Shown: positions 23,453-37,045, counted from the first letter of the stretch. The stretch is DNA of 64,000 nt from Ascoidea asiatica JCM 7603 (GCA_001600695.1 BCKQ01000002.1:1013184-1077183), one strand, 5' to 3'. Notes: generated by a model not told the origin, from the letters alone. Made by a program: numbers and translations.

Positions 23453-24386
23453 TATTTCTTATATTTTCTATTGATTTAACAGGATTTTCTGAAGTATTCT
23501 TGGATTACACGTTTTTTTTGTGATAAGTTATGAGTAGAATTTGAATTTAGAATCTCTTTCAGTTTTTGCTTCAGTTTCTGCTTTAGTATCAGTTTCAACA
23601 AAATTCAAATAAATCAGAAATTCAAAATAAAAAAGTAAATAAAATTCAGGTGATTATGTCGGCGGAGCCACTTTAGTGGGTCTTTTTTGATTGATTATTG
23701 TACGCAATATGTGCAACTACTATAGGGCTTGTATGAACAAAATTTAGGACAACTAGGATTTTGCTTTATTTTTTTAAGATCTTTATCAAATTTTGGTTTA
23801 ATTCTTAAATAATTATTTAATAATATTTATATTTAATAATAATTGATAATTGATAAAAATTAAGACTACTGTTTTATTCCCAAGTACTGAATAGATGAAG
23901 GTAAAGGTGATTAATAATATTAATATATTCAAAGTAAAGAACAAAAATGATAAATTGTAAAACCTAATTTTTTTCAATAATACATATGGTTCAATCGAAA
24001 AAGTATAAATGAAAAAATATTTTTTTTTCAGATATTAATTGGTATAAATATTCATAAATGTAGTTTGTGTTATTTTTATGTTCTTTGTTTGATTGAATAA
24101 AAATTAAAATTAGACTTAAGAAAAAAAAAATAAAAAAAAACTCAACTCATAAACAATGGATTAAAAATTTAAGATACAAACCTTGGAATCAAATAGAAGA
24201 ATAAGTTTGATATAAAACTAAAACTAAATAATAGATAAAAGATATAGGATAAATCATAAAGGATAAAATATATAAGTTTAGAGTAGATAATAAATAATAG
24301 ATAATAAAAAATACAAAGGAGTGAAGATTTATTTTTTAAAAAAAAAATTGAAAAAAAATTAGAAAAAAAATTGAAGAGATTATAAA

Positions 24387-24529
24387 TTAGTATGAATTTC
24401 CATGTTGTTGTTGCTGTTGATCAGGATAATAAGCTGGAGGATAACCTTGGACATTAGGCATATAATTTTGATTAACAGGAGGTTGTATACCCATATTATT
24501 AGGGTACTGACCAACAGGCTGTTGTTGTT

Positions 24530-24560
<31 letters not shown>

Positions 24561-25079
24561 TTGAGCCAGTTGCTGTTGAACCAGTTGTTGTTGTTGCTGT
24601 TGTTGTTGAGGTGGAGAAGCAACTTGATCAGGAGTCTTTTGATCATTTGGCGCACTTTGATTATTACTTCCATCATTTTGACTTGAAACTTCATCTTCAT
24701 CAGGGCTTGGATCTTCAGGAGCATTAAGACAAGCTTGAATTAAATTTTTACCTTCAGCTTTAGTAACTAAAGGTTGCAATTTTGGAGTTGTAAAGGTATA
24801 TACTAAACCAGTTTCGGAAACAACTAACAATAAAACTTGAGTACCAGTTAATACAGATAATTCATAAGCTTTTTTCATTATACCAGCTTTTCTTTTTGAA
24901 AAAGTAATATGACGTCTTGATTTATCTTGAATGAATTTAATTTCAATTTTTCTTCTTTCTTTGGTCAGTTTACCACCAGTTGAAGGAGTTTCATCATCAG
25001 CTTCATCATCTTGAGGAGTATTATCAACAGGAGCTTCCTCTTCTTTTTCGTCCTTGAATTTTTGTTCAACTTCTGACAT
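24387..25079 (-). CDS. MCM1: SRF-type MADS-box transcription factor with poly-Gln tail
   Basis: KERRKIEIKFIQDKSRRHITFSKRKAGIMKKAYELSVLTGTQVLLLVVSETGLVYTF..NLIQACLNAP. Confidence 0.97.
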
Positions 25080-25152
25080 TTTGTTATATTATGTTGTATT
25101 ATATATGTATATTTTTGATGGAGGGATATATGGATAGATAGAAATTAAGTTT

Positions 25153-25469
25153 CTAGTAAAATAGCATGAAAAATTGTTAGTACTTTATATTCTAAGGATG
25201 AATTAAAAAATTTTGAATAAAAAATAAACAAATAATAGATAAATTACAAGTTAATGAATTTCTTTTAAAATTCCAAATTATATTTGTCAGAATATATCAA
25301 CGAAAGATATATATATTTCATAATTTATTTGATATTATAACGTTATAATATTATTCTTAAAAAGGCAATACGGTCTATATTCCTAATTGGAATAAAAAAT
25401 TAGGAAACAGGAAAAATAGATAATTTAAAATTATAATTAGAATTGGAGAAATAAAAAAAAAAAACTAAC
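25153..25469 (-). other. Probable 5'-UTR intron of MCM1
   Basis: Perfect TACTAAC (25182-25176), TAG at 25155-25153 about 74 nt before the ATG; candidate donor AAAG|GTTAGT at 25469 (alternative GTAAGG at 25580); TATA-like sequence near 25665. Confidence 0.6.
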
Positions 25470-26671
25470 CTTTAATAATTAATTGGGAATAATAATTAAT
25501 GATATAATATATATTTATTATAAAATTTTGAAATAATATTAACTAATTGATATTATTGATAATATTCTTGAAGCCCTTACTTTAAGATTGATAAGGCAAA
25601 AAATGGATTAAAAGAGTCAATGAAAAAGGAAATTGCTAAACAAAGAGAATACTTGAGATATATTTATATAAATATTTATCTAATTTAAGTATTTTAAGTG
25701 ACAGTTAATTGTAATTGAATAAATTAAATGATCAAAATTAAGAATGAAAACGAAGTAAAATGGATATATATATATTTAAGATAAATGAAGTGAAAGAGGC
25801 AAGAAGATAGAAAAGGAAATGAGAGGAAAAGGAAACTGTTATAAGAGTGAAGTGAAAAGTGAACGAGGAGTGAACTAAACAGGCATATCTAAAATTCATC
25901 TTAATGAAACTCGAGCTGAAATTTAAAAGGGCAGGAAGAAAAGAAGAAAGGATGAAAAACTGTGCAATCAGTGCGAAGAGTGACCTTTGGGGCAAGAGCC
26001 AAAGAGGGAATTCCCACTTTAGCTCTCCAGGGAAAATGAAAGAAAAAAAAGGAAAGAAAGGAAAGAAAAACGGTGGTAAGCCGGCGGTGGCCAGAACTGG
26101 CCAATGGGACGCGTTACCATGATCACATGATACGGTGTGAGCTATTTTAGGTCAACACGGCTTACACACGACACTTTAGCACGCACTAATAAGCCAATCA
26201 CAACTCACACCTGTTCAATCCCTGCCCCCTCTTTACCAGGATCCGCTCGTTTTTTTTTGTTTTACAACTTTTACGCGTTGTTGGGAGGTGCGTTTAGCAT
26301 AAAGTGAGTATCACGCATTTTAGATTCAACATCAAACTTTCCTGAAACTCGGCAGGGGTTCCTTACGGGATAGTAAACCACGTGAAATGTTAAGTCGGAA
26401 ACCTCGTATTGTATGCAATTCCGGTATGCATGATGCTGCCATGGTTCTTATTAAGTTTAAGAATAATGCATTAATACATGCCCCATATTAGGTCTTTCCT
26501 ATTTGAACATTATATATTTAGAACGAAAAATAATTTTTTACAATAATAATTAATATCTAAAATGTCAATTTATTATGTTTAACTATATACTAGGTTCCAT
26601 TAATTTTTTCTTTTTATAGTAATAGGTCTTCAATTGTGTTAATTTGTATTTATAAAACTCTGGAAAATTTA

Positions 26672-27829
26672 TTATTTCTTAGGTGCAGAAGCAGCAAAAG
26701 TAGCTGCAACAATTAATGGAAATACAATTGTTGCATCACAATATACTTTAGTTGTATGGGCATCTGCTTTGATTTTACCCCATGAAACAGCTTCATCTGG
26801 TCTAGCACCAGCATCTGAACCATCGAATTCTTGTCCTGTATTAATATAAACTGCATAATCTGCACCATTTCTCATAAGACATGCATTTGCAATATGATGT
26901 TTAACTAATCCACCACCAAGAATAATCATACCTGCATGAGAAGCATCCATTGATAATAAATTCATTTTTCTAATATCTGCAACAATATCTAATCTTAATT
27001 GTTTTGGTGATGCTTTAAATGTATGAAAAAATAACATATCTCCAATTGAACCATCAGTAATTGATGGACATAAAATTGGTATTTTATTTTTATGAGCCCA
27101 ATATAATACAGATTCTTCATTATTAATTTCTTTACCTAATCTATCAATCATTTTTGATGGAGTCCAAAATCCAGGACTTTCAAAATCAAAACTTGAATTA
27201 TTATTATTTTCTTTAAGATATTCTTTTGATTTTTCTTCTTGTTCTTCTAACATTTTATCTAAAATTGGTACAATCCATTCTTCAAATTTACAATAATTAT
27301 CATTTGGTACTATTAAATTACCAATTCTATTCATACCTTCTTCTCTTAATTTAGCACCTGGTAAACTAAATTCTCCAAGATATGTTGGTGCAAGGCATTT
27401 AATTAAATCTTCTTCAATTCCACCTGCAGATGAAACAATTGCACTAACCATTTTATGTTGAACTAAATATCTTATAGTATCTCTTAAACCAGAAGAAATT
27501 AAATTTGATGTATATCCTAAAAAAATTGTAGTTTTTTGATAACCATCTTCATCAAAATCTCCCTTTTTTTCATGATCTTCTAATTCTGAAATATGTTTAC
27601 CTCTCCATTTTCTCATTTCATCAATTATTTCACATGCTTTACCTAAAGATGTTGCTTGATATCCTGATGTTCTCATACTTTTAACTAAATCAACTGCTCT
27701 CATATTATATGCAGATTCTTTAGAATAATCAATACCATGAACCTCTACAAAATCTGCAGGTACTGGTACTGATTGTTTTAAAACAGCTTCATTAGCTAAT
27801 TCAGGTTTTTTATTTTCACTACTAGACAT
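26672..27829 (-). CDS. DYS1: Deoxyhypusine synthase
   Basis: [55 protein letters not shown]. Confidence 0.97.
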   Translation of the reverse strand: MSSSENKKPELANEAVLKQSVPVPADFVEVHGIDYSKESAYNMRAVDLVKSMRTSGYQATSLGKACEIIDEMRKWRGKHISELEDHEKKGDFDEDGYQKTTIFLGYTSNLISSGLRDTIRYLVQHKMVSAIVSSAGGIEEDLIKCLAPTYLGEFSLPGAKLREEGMNRIGNLIVPNDNYCKFEEWIVPILDKMLEEQEEKSKEYLKENNNNSSFDFESPGFWTPSKMIDRLGKEINNEESVLYWAHKNKIPILCPSITDGSIGDMLFFHTFKASPKQLRLDIVADIRKMNLLSMDASHAGMIILGGGLVKHHIANACLMRNGADYAVYINTGQEFDGSDAGARPDEAVSWGKIKADAHTTKVYCDATIVFPLIVAATFAASAPKK

Positions 27830-29050
27830 TTTATTGATTATTATTATTTATAATTTTATTTATCTTAATCAACCTTCTTTTAATATATTTTTTTTGATCT
27901 AATAGGTATTTCAACTCATTGATATATGATTTCATAGAAAAAAAATATTTTAAAATTTTTGAAAAATTAGTTTAACCACATTATTATCGAAGTACTTTTA
28001 TCTATACGAAACTGAATAAAAAGGATGAGAAACGATTTTGCACGTGATACTCATCAAGTTCCGCGGGAAACAAATTTTTTTTTTCGTCAAATAAATTCGT
28101 AAATTTGAACAAGAACAATTTAAGGTTAAAAAAATAAAAAAAATGAAAAATAAAAAATAAAAAAATAAAAAGTTAGAAATAAAATGATTGTGAATAGTCC
28201 AGAACCACGGTACCAATGGAGGTGGGAGTGAACAATCAGTGCCATCGCCACATTTTCCACAAAGTATGCATATTGTGCTCAATTTGAATTATGAGGCGAA
28301 TGTTCTTAAAACATATTTTTCAGTCACATTTTAGAACTTGATGATTTTGAGACTGTTCGCTATAAATACAATCTATCAAAAGAAAAAATGCTGGCTAATC
28401 AACAAGAATAAACTATTCTTTTTCTTAGACTTTCATAAAAGAAATATATCAAACAAAATCTACTACAATTTCATATAACACCAATTGAACAAAAAAACGC
28501 AATATCTCATTAATCTTGAAAACTGAATTTAATAGATTCTTTGAAAAAATTGAATTTTGAAGATAACTTTTCTAAAATTTTATGTAAAAATGATTAAATT
28601 GACCACATATTTGGTGTATAAAATGTATAAATTCAAGTGAAATATACTCAAACTACAAAAATTGAAATCTTCTTCTCAAAACTAACTTGATTAATTCAAT
28701 TGATTTAACATTTGAATTAAAAATAAATTTAAACATACTGTCAATGAATAAACAAAATAAGTTGAAGTAAATCATAGAATTCCAAATTCAGCATTTTTAA
28801 AAGATTTAACGTTACTAAAATTATTCTTTTAGATCAATTTTTCATTGTTTTCCTTACTTTAATTCTTTTTAAAGTTTTTATATTTTTGATTTCTAGTACG
28901 AAATGCGGTAAAGCTAAATCAAAAATAATTTTCAAACTAACTGTACAAATTATAAATTTTTTCTAGTAAAATAATTGTAATATAGTATTTTAAAACCTGT
29001 AAAATAACAGATATAATTTATAAAAAAAAGAATATATCAATGTTATTGTA

Positions 29051-31141
29051 ATGTTAAAAAGGATATTTTCAAAATCCAGTCAACGGTTTATACAATTTAA
29101 ATCAATATATCCAACTATTTTTAATGATTCATCACCGTTAATTTCCTCCAATAGCTTTATAAATCAAAATTCAAATTTCAATCTAAGAAATGATTCTTAT
29201 AGATATTATTCGAAGGATATTTCAAAATCTACAAATAATAATACAAAATTGAAATCAAAATCCACACCAATAAAAACTATTACTTCAAATTCAAATTTGA
29301 AAGAAGATTTAAAACAAATTGAAATAAATGAGAGGATAAAAAAAATACCGATTGAGCATTATAGAAATTTTTCAATAGTTGCACATGTTGATCATGGAAA
29401 ATCAACTTTAAGTGATAGATTATTAGAAATAACTGGGGTTATAGAACCAGGATCAAATAAACAAGTATTAGATAAATTAGAGGTTGAAAGAGAAAGAGGT
29501 ATAACAATCAAAGCACAAACATGTTCAATGCTTTATGTTTATAAAAATGAAGATTATTTATTATCATTAGTTGATTGTCCAGGTCATGTTGATTTTAGAG
29601 CAGAAGTTAGTAGAAGTTTTGCATCTGTTGGAGGTGCATTATTATTAATTGATGCTTCACAAGGAGTTCAAGCTCAAACTGTTGCAAATTTTTATTTAGC
29701 ATATTCAATGAATTTAACTTTAATTCCAATAATTAATAAAATTGATTTAGATGCAGCTGATATTCCAAGATCAATTGATCAAATTGAAAATTTTTTTGAA
29801 TTACCAAAAGAAGATATTATTTCAGTTTCTGCAAAAACTGGTTTAAATGTTGAAAAAATTTTACCATCAGTTATTGAAAAAATTCCTGCACCAATTGGAG
29901 ATATTAATGAGAAATTAAAATGTTTTATTGTTGATTGTTGGTATGATTCATATCTTGGATGTATATTATTAGTTAGAATTATAAATGGTTTTTTAAAAAA
30001 AGGACAAAAAATTATGTCAGCTCATACAAGATTAAAATATGATGTAAAAGAAGTAGGTATAATGTATCCAGATAGATTAGAATTAGAAAAAATTCAAGCA
30101 GGTCAAGTTGGATATGTTGTTCCAAGTATGAAAGATTCTTCAGAAGCTATGATTGGAGATACATTTATGTTAGTTGGAGAAGAAGTTGAACCTTTACCAG
30201 GATTTGAAGAACCAAAACCAATGGTATTTGTTGGAGCATTTGCAGCAGATGGAGTTGAATTTAATATTTTAGATGAAAGTATGCAAAGATTAGTTTTAAA
30301 TGATAGAAGTGTAACTTTACAAAGAGAAACATCAAATGCTTTAGGACAAGGTTGGAGATTAGGATTTCTTGGTTCTTTACATGCATCAGTATTTAAAGAA
30401 AGATTAGAAAAAGAATATGGAGCATCATTAATTATTACAGCACCTACAGTTCCATATAAAATTGTATATAAAGATGGAAATGAAAAAATAGTTACAAATC
30501 CAGATGATTTTCCAGATGGAACTCTTAGAAATACTAATGTTGCAGATTTATTAGAACCATATGTTGAAATAATGTCAACATTTCCATCAGAATATGTTGG
30601 AGCAGTAATAAAATTATGTGAAGCAAATAGAGGAGTTCAAACAGATATGCAATTTTTAAATACTGGACAAGTATTGATCAAATATCATTTACCTTTAGCT
30701 CATCTTGTTGATGATTTTTTTGGAAAATTGAAATCAACTACAAGAGGATATGCATCATTAGATTATGAAGAAGCAGGATATAAGTCTTCAGATATTGTTA
30801 AATTAGAATTATTAGTAAATGGTAAAGGAATTGATGCTTTAGCTCAAGTTATGCATAGAAGTCAAATTGAAAGTGTTGGTAGAGTTTGGGTTAAAAAATT
30901 TAAACAATATTTAAAATATCAATTATTTGAAGTTGTTATTCAGGCTAGAGCTAGTGGTAAAATAATTGCAAGAGAAACAATAAAGGCTAAAAGAAAAGAT
31001 GTTTTAGCTAAATTACATGCTTCAGATATTTCAAGAAGAAAAAAATTATTGGTTAAACAAAAAGAAGGTAAGAAACAAATGAAATCAATAGGAAATGTTA
31101 CTATTCATCAGGATGCATACCAGGCATTCTTACGTAAATAG
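29051..31141 (+). CDS. GUF1: Mitochondrial translation factor EF4/LepA
   Basis: [38 protein letters not shown], LepA C-terminal KQKEGKK; mitochondrial presequence. Confidence 0.96.
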   Translation: MLKRIFSKSSQRFIQFKSIYPTIFNDSSPLISSNSFINQNSNFNLRNDSYRYYSKDISKSTNNNTKLKSKSTPIKTITSNSNLKEDLKQIEINERIKKIPIEHYRNFSIVAHVDHGKSTLSDRLLEITGVIEPGSNKQVLDKLEVERERGITIKAQTCSMLYVYKNEDYLLSLVDCPGHVDFRAEVSRSFASVGGALLLIDASQGVQAQTVANFYLAYSMNLTLIPIINKIDLDAADIPRSIDQIENFFELPKEDIISVSAKTGLNVEKILPSVIEKIPAPIGDINEKLKCFIVDCWYDSYLGCILLVRIINGFLKKGQKIMSAHTRLKYDVKEVGIMYPDRLELEKIQAGQVGYVVPSMKDSSEAMIGDTFMLVGEEVEPLPGFEEPKPMVFVGAFAADGVEFNILDESMQRLVLNDRSVTLQRETSNALGQGWRLGFLGSLHASVFKERLEKEYGASLIITAPTVPYKIVYKDGNEKIVTNPDDFPDGTLRNTNVADLLEPYVEIMSTFPSEYVGAVIKLCEANRGVQTDMQFLNTGQVLIKYHLPLAHLVDDFFGKLKSTTRGYASLDYEEAGYKSSDIVKLELLVNGKGIDALAQVMHRSQIESVGRVWVKKFKQYLKYQLFEVVIQARASGKIIARETIKAKRKDVLAKLHASDISRRKKLLVKQKEGKKQMKSIGNVTIHQDAYQAFLRK

Positions 31142-31511
31142 AATAAGAAGAGTTCAAATTGTAAATAAAAGAAAAAGAAAACCCTGTAAACTAGTAAATT
31201 ATTATTAAATATATTAATCATTTTGATCAATTGATTGTTTTTTTTTTTTATATGTAGCTGTTGACTTCGGATATGACAGTTTACCATCTCGAGTTTTCGG
31301 TGGTTCCGCGAGATGAGTAATAATAATAGTAATAGTAAATAGTTTCGTGGGCCCTCGTGAAAAACTCGTATTGTTCGTGTTCAGTCATCGACAATTCGAA
31401 TCCACAAAGAAGTAATATAAAAGTGTATCAGATTCCTTCTGGGTTTATTTTCTGTTTTCTTTTTTGATTGGACAGGAATAACAAGAAGTGAGAATATTCA
31501 AACTATTCAAG

Positions 31512-32699
31512 ATGTCTGCAAGATCCTTAGAACGTCCAACTGCCCATTATTTTGGTGCTGGTCCTGCTATTATGCCAACCAGTGTATTAAAAGAAGCAGC
31601 TTATGACCTTTTGAATTACGAAGGATTAGGAATTGGAGCTGGTGAAATTTCACATAGATCAAAACAAGGAACTGATATAATTAATCAAACAAAACAAAAT
31701 TTGATTGATTTATTAAAGATTCCTGATACTCATGAAGTTTTTTTCATGCAAGGGGGAGGAACTACTGGGTTTTCTTCAATTGCAACTAATTTGGCTGCAA
31801 ATTCTTTGATTAGAAATGGAAAATCATCTAAAGCTTATTATATAATTGATGGAACTTGGAGTTTAAAATCTTTTCAAGAAGCTAAACGATTGGGAGTTAA
31901 TGTTGAACCTTTATATAATATTAAAGAACAAAATGGAAAATTTGATGATTATTTACCAAAGGATAAATCAGTTTTTAAAAATTTAAATCCAGAAGAAACT
32001 TCATATGTTTATTGTTGTTATAATGAAACTGTAAATGGTGTTGAGGTTCAATCAGTTTCTGATTTAGAATTAGATCCTAAAATCGAATTAGTTTCTGATA
32101 TGTCCTCAGATTTTCTTTCAAAAGAAATTGATGTAAGTAAATTTGGTTTAATTTACGCTGGTGCTCAAAAAAATGTAGGTATTGCAGGTTTAACTATATA
32201 TATAATTAAAAAAACTTTATTAAAATATCCAACTGATGAAGAACTAAAAACCGCAAATATCCCAATAACTCCAATTGCATTTCATTTTCCAACTGTAATT
32301 AAGAATAATTCTGCTTATAATACAATTCCAATTTTTACTTTACATATCTTGAATTTAGTTACAAAAAGATTAATTGAAAATGGTGGTTTATCAGCTCAAG
32401 AAGATTTAAATAATTATAAAGCAAAAATTTTATATGAAGCTTTAGATAAATATCCAAATTTATTTAATTTACCTGTGAAAAAACATGCAAGAAGTAAAAT
32501 GAATGTTGTTTTTACTATTAATGGTAATGGAAATGAAGAAAAATTTATAAAAGAAGCTGGTGAAATTGGTTTAACTGGTTTAAAAGGTCATCGTTCCGTT
32601 GGTGGTTGTAGAGCTTCGATTTATAATTCAGTTTCTAAAGAAAGTGTTGAAGCTTTAGTCAATTTTATAAATAAATTTGCTAGTGAAGCTTCTGTCTAA
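31512..32699 (+). CDS. SER1: Phosphoserine aminotransferase
   Basis: FGAGPA, EISHRS, GGGT, NETVNGV, DMSS, GAQKN (PLP Lys), GHRSVGG; first ATG is at 31512 (the track starts at a GTG). Confidence 0.96.
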   Translation: MSARSLERPTAHYFGAGPAIMPTSVLKEAAYDLLNYEGLGIGAGEISHRSKQGTDIINQTKQNLIDLLKIPDTHEVFFMQGGGTTGFSSIATNLAANSLIRNGKSSKAYYIIDGTWSLKSFQEAKRLGVNVEPLYNIKEQNGKFDDYLPKDKSVFKNLNPEETSYVYCCYNETVNGVEVQSVSDLELDPKIELVSDMSSDFLSKEIDVSKFGLIYAGAQKNVGIAGLTIYIIKKTLLKYPTDEELKTANIPITPIAFHFPTVIKNNSAYNTIPIFTLHILNLVTKRLIENGGLSAQEDLNNYKAKILYEALDKYPNLFNLPVKKHARSKMNVVFTINGNGNEEKFIKEAGEIGLTGLKGHRSVGGCRASIYNSVSKESVEALVNFINKFASEASV

Positions 32700-32740
32700 T
32701 TTAGCTTAAAAATGTTTTACTTTTCCATTTTAATTGAATT

Positions 32741-33793
32741 TTAATCATCAATAACACCACTAACATAATATACAACTTCAATTTCATCAGTATCATCAAC
32801 AAAACAATGTAAAATAATCACATTTGGTTCACACATTATTAAAACAATATTTTCACAAAGTTCACATATTTTTAAAGCAGATCTCCAATCTTTCAACTTT
32901 ATACTTACTGTGACTGTTTTTAGTCTCTCAACAGCTATACTTTCAGTTCCATTTTTACCTTCATTCATTTCTATTATACTTCTACTTGGTTGTCTTATTA
33001 AACTTTGATATTCATTATTTATAATTTTATCTGTAGTATCTTTAAAAACTTGTCCATTTTCAGTATTAACAAATCCTCCATATTCACTATCTTGAACAAG
33101 TAATTTTGAATTCCATCCTAATTTAACTTTTAAAAAATCTTCTTTCAAAATTAATTTTAAATTTCCATCAAAATCTCCAGATATTGTTAAAACTCTACAA
33201 TTTTTAAATCTTTCAATTCTTTTAAAAAGTGATAAAATATCTGTAGGTAATTTAAACATAATATCAACTGAAGAAACATCAGGTTCAATAATTTTTTCAT
33301 CAGATTTTTGTTTTAATAATCGTACAGGTATTTTAAAAGTATGATCTAAAACTGTATTTCCAACCATTTCATTATAAAAAATTGATAAATTTGCAATGTT
33401 TTTTAATTTTTTATTATTTATTGCCTTTGAATTATTATTATTATCTCCATTATTATTATTATTGTTGTCATTTGCACCATCTGATTGCTTTGTTCGTTGT
33501 AACCTAATAGTCAATTTGTTGGAATTCACCTTGCTGAAATTCTTTAAAACTTGGTAAAATTGATCTAAATTACATTCCATACTTATTTGATTATTTCTAA
33601 TTGATTCAACTTCATATTCATCAAACAAATCAGATGAAATCCTTATCCAAATCTGAGGTTCATTTGTAAAAGATGAAATTATTATAAAGTGAGTTGATGT
33701 GAATCTCAAAACACAAGGTTTTCTTATTCCAATAATTGATCCAACAGTATTTTTGATACTTTCACAAGAACTTAAAATTAATTTTAGTTTCAT
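32741..33793 (-). CDS. MEC3: 9-1-1 checkpoint clamp subunit (Hus1/Mec3 family)
   Basis: MKLKL start, K.CVLRFT, EPQIW, F..YEVESIRNNQISME, FKIPVRLL, C-terminal VYYV; near GUF1 as in S. cerevisiae. Confidence 0.8.
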   Translation of the reverse strand: MKLKLILSSCESIKNTVGSIIGIRKPCVLRFTSTHFIIISSFTNEPQIWIRISSDLFDEYEVESIRNNQISMECNLDQFYQVLKNFSKVNSNKLTIRLQRTKQSDGANDNNNNNNGDNNNNSKAINNKKLKNIANLSIFYNEMVGNTVLDHTFKIPVRLLKQKSDEKIIEPDVSSVDIMFKLPTDILSLFKRIERFKNCRVLTISGDFDGNLKLILKEDFLKVKLGWNSKLLVQDSEYGGFVNTENGQVFKDTTDKIINNEYQSLIRQPSRSIIEMNEGKNGTESIAVERLKTVTVSIKLKDWRSALKICELCENIVLIMCEPNVIILHCFVDDTDEIEVVYYVSGVIDD

Positions 33794-34090
33794 TTTTAAA
33801 GATTTATTGCTTCTAAATATATTCAATTTCTACTTCTATTAAAGAATTGATTGATTGATTGATTATTTTATTTGAAGTAAATAAAGTGTAAACACCCAAT
33901 CTTGAACTTTTTATAAAGTTTCAAAGCTCAGAAATTCGGTGCGCTTTTGATCAAATCTCACCAGCAAGCAAAACTTGACAGATAATAAGTATTAAAAAAA
34001 ATAAAACGATAAAATTCAGTTATTTCAAATCAAAGAAAAAGACAAAATAGTATAATAATACCTTTATATTTATGAAAACAAGAAATTATA

Positions 34091-36922
34091 ATGAAACTTA
34101 ATTATTTCATATTATTTATAAATCTTTTTGTTTTATTTTCTCCTTCAATTGCAGTCAAAGAGTATCTTTTCAAAAAATGTTCTCAAACAGGATTTTGTAA
34201 TAGAAATAGACATTTTGCATCAAAGGTTTCAGAAGCTGAAAATTATGTCTCTAAATATTCCATAAAAGATGGATCAGTTGGTTTCAATAATCAGGAACCA
34301 AGAGTTTTTGGAACTATCAGTAAAAAACTCAATGATAATCAATCAGTTGTTGATTTTGATTTCTCGTTATCTGTATTGGAGAATAATAGTTTAAGACTAA
34401 AAATCGACGAAAACTATAGATTAAATGAAAAAAACTCAAACTCTGATATGATTAAAAAAGGTTTAAAATTCCAAAGATATAATGAAACGAGTAATTGGGC
34501 CTTGGAAGGTGAATTAGTCAAATCATCAAATTCGAATTTAAAATTTATTGAAGAAAAAAATATATTAATATATGGTGCTAATAATGAATATAAAGCAGTA
34601 ATTTCAAATGATCCTTTCAAAATTGAAATTTTCTATAAAAGCGATCTTCAAATTATTTTAAATGACAGAAATTTCCTTAATATCGAACATTACAGAACTG
34701 AAGATAAGAATGATAACTCGTTGAATCTTTCGTCAGAAGAATCTGATTTTGATATGTTTCATGATTCATTTAAAGATTCAAAAGGTGATACAATGCCATT
34801 TGGTCCAGAATCCATTGCTATAGATGCAACATTTAATGGATTTTCTCATGTTTATGGTATACCCGAACATGCTGATTCAATGTCACTTGAGGAAACTTCA
34901 GATTCAGAACCTTATAGATTATACAATGTGGATATTTTTGAATATGAGACTCATAGCAAAATGCCAATGTATGGTTCAATCCCATTTATGATGGCCCATA
35001 AAAATGGTGTCTCTGCTGGTTTCTATTGGGTAAACGCAGCTGATACATGGATTGATATTCAAAAGACAACTAAAGATTTATTTGAAGGTATAAATAGTGA
35101 TCAGAAAATATTTGCAATGCAATCTGGATCAACAAAAACTCATTGGATTTCTGAAGCCGGAATTTTGGATATTATAATTATAATTGAAGAAACTCCTTTG
35201 GAAGTTAATAAGAAATATGGGGAATTAACCGGTTTTGTTCAATTACCATCATTATTTTCATTGGGTTATCATCAATGTCGTTGGAATTATAATGACCAAG
35301 ATGATGTTTTAACAATAAACAAAAATTTTGATAAATATAAAATTCCTTATGATACTATATGGTTAGATATTGAATATACTGATGAAAAAAAATATTTTAC
35401 TTGGAAAAAAGAATTATTTCAAAATCCTTCTGAAATGTTAGCAGAACTAGAAGTGACTGGAAGAAATTTAGTTGCAATCATTGATCCTCATATCAAAGAC
35501 AATTATGAAGTATCAAAAGAAATTATTAAAAATAAACTAGCCATATTAAATTCAGATGGAAAAGGAGAATATCATGGTAAATGTTGGCCAGGAGAATCTA
35601 TTTGGATTGATACTTTTAATCCTAAAGCTGTAAAATATTGGTCAACACTTTTTCAAAATTTCACTCAATTTTCCAATGATTCAACTAATCTTTATATTTG
35701 GAATGATATGAATGAACCTTCAGTTTTTTCTGGACCAGAAACTACTTCACCAAAGGATTTATTAAGTTTTGGTAACTGGGAATTAAGATCAACTCATAAC
35801 TTATATGGTCATACTTTAATAAAAGCCACATATAAAGCATTAATGGATAGATTTCAAAATAATAAGAGACCATTTGTTTTAACAAGATCATATTTTGCTG
35901 GAAGTCAAAAATATGCTGCAATGTGGTCTGGTGATAATATGTCTAAATGGGAATATCTCAAAATTTCAATTCCAGTTGCTTTAACTTCTGGAATATCAGG
36001 AATGCCTTTTACAGGTTCTGATGTTGGTGGATTTTTCGGTGATCCTTCAAGTGAATTATTAACTAGATGGTATCAAACTGGTATTTGGTATCCATTTTTT
36101 AGAGCTCATGCTCATATTGATTCTCGAAGAAGAGAACCATGGATTCCTGGAGAACCATATACCTCAATTATCAGAGACGCTATTAAAATAAGATATTCAT
36201 TATTACCTGAATTTTATACTAGCTTTTATGAATCAAGTAAAACTGGGTTACCAATTATGAAGCCATTATATTATGAGACTCCAGAAAATGAGGAAACATT
36301 TGATATAGATGATGAATTTTTTATTGGTAATAGTGGAATTCTTGTTAAACCAATTACAGATGAAAATCCAGAAAATTTCAAAATTTATATTCCAGATGAT
36401 CAGCCATATTATGATTTTGAAAATTTCAATAAATTAGAAAATAAAGGATATCATGAAATCACTGATTTATCTCTTTCTAAAATTCCAATTTTTATAAAAG
36501 GTGGTAGTATAATATCAAGAAAAATGAGACAAAGAAGATCATCAAAATTAATGAAATATGATCCATATACATTAGTTGTTACATTAGATAAACAGCAACA
36601 CGCTAAAGGTAAACTATATATTGATGATCTTGAAACTTTTGACTATAAACTTAATGATGAATATATATTATGTGAGTTTGAGTTTAATAAAAATGAGATG
36701 AAGTCTAAAGTTATAGAATATAAACCATTTTATGATGAATTAGATCTTCTTTTATTTGTTGAGAGAATAATAGTTGCTGGTTATGAAAACACAGTTCCTG
36801 ACAGTGTGAAAATAACTCAAGATGGAAAAGAATGGGATGCAGAAATTATTAAAGAAGAAAATTATTTTGTGATTAGAAATCCAAAATTTTTGTTGAAAGA
36901 TGCTTGGACTATTAAGTTTTAA
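34091..36922 (+). CDS. ROT2: ER glucosidase II alpha subunit (GH31)
   Basis: Signal peptide, FKKCSQTGFCNRNR, YGIPEHA, GYHQCRWNY, WNDMNEPSVF catalytic motif, FFRAHAHIDSRRREP. Confidence 0.96.
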   Translation: MKLNYFILFINLFVLFSPSIAVKEYLFKKCSQTGFCNRNRHFASKVSEAENYVSKYSIKDGSVGFNNQEPRVFGTISKKLNDNQSVVDFDFSLSVLENNSLRLKIDENYRLNEKNSNSDMIKKGLKFQRYNETSNWALEGELVKSSNSNLKFIEEKNILIYGANNEYKAVISNDPFKIEIFYKSDLQIILNDRNFLNIEHYRTEDKNDNSLNLSSEESDFDMFHDSFKDSKGDTMPFGPESIAIDATFNGFSHVYGIPEHADSMSLEETSDSEPYRLYNVDIFEYETHSKMPMYGSIPFMMAHKNGVSAGFYWVNAADTWIDIQKTTKDLFEGINSDQKIFAMQSGSTKTHWISEAGILDIIIIIEETPLEVNKKYGELTGFVQLPSLFSLGYHQCRWNYNDQDDVLTINKNFDKYKIPYDTIWLDIEYTDEKKYFTWKKELFQNPSEMLAELEVTGRNLVAIIDPHIKDNYEVSKEIIKNKLAILNSDGKGEYHGKCWPGESIWIDTFNPKAVKYWSTLFQNFTQFSNDSTNLYIWNDMNEPSVFSGPETTSPKDLLSFGNWELRSTHNLYGHTLIKATYKALMDRFQNNKRPFVLTRSYFAGSQKYAAMWSGDNMSKWEYLKISIPVALTSGISGMPFTGSDVGGFFGDPSSELLTRWYQTGIWYPFFRAHAHIDSRRREPWIPGEPYTSIIRDAIKIRYSLLPEFYTSFYESSKTGLPIMKPLYYETPENEETFDIDDEFFIGNSGILVKPITDENPENFKIYIPDDQPYYDFENFNKLENKGYHEITDLSLSKIPIFIKGGSIISRKMRQRRSSKLMKYDPYTLVVTLDKQQHAKGKLYIDDLETFDYKLNDEYILCEFEFNKNEMKSKVIEYKPFYDELDLLLFVERIIVAGYENTVPDSVKITQDGKEWDAEIIKEENYFVIRNPKFLLKDAWTIKF

Positions 36923-37045
36923 AGTGAATATAGGTATATAAAAAACAAAAAAATATGATACTAAATTTGGTTTTCAAAAAAATAAAAGTAAAAGAGGTAA
37001 ACGTATAATCAATATAGTCATATCTTAAATATATGTTTCTTGAAG

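Noticed and set aside
24380-24724. Poly-Asn and poly-Leu ORFs
   Set aside because: Alternate-frame and antisense readings of the MCM1 CAA/CAG repeat
26300-26450. Possible tRNA or snoRNA in the GC-rich patch
   Set aside because: No A/B boxes or cloverleaf and no convincing C/D or H/ACA pair seen; needs an Rfam search
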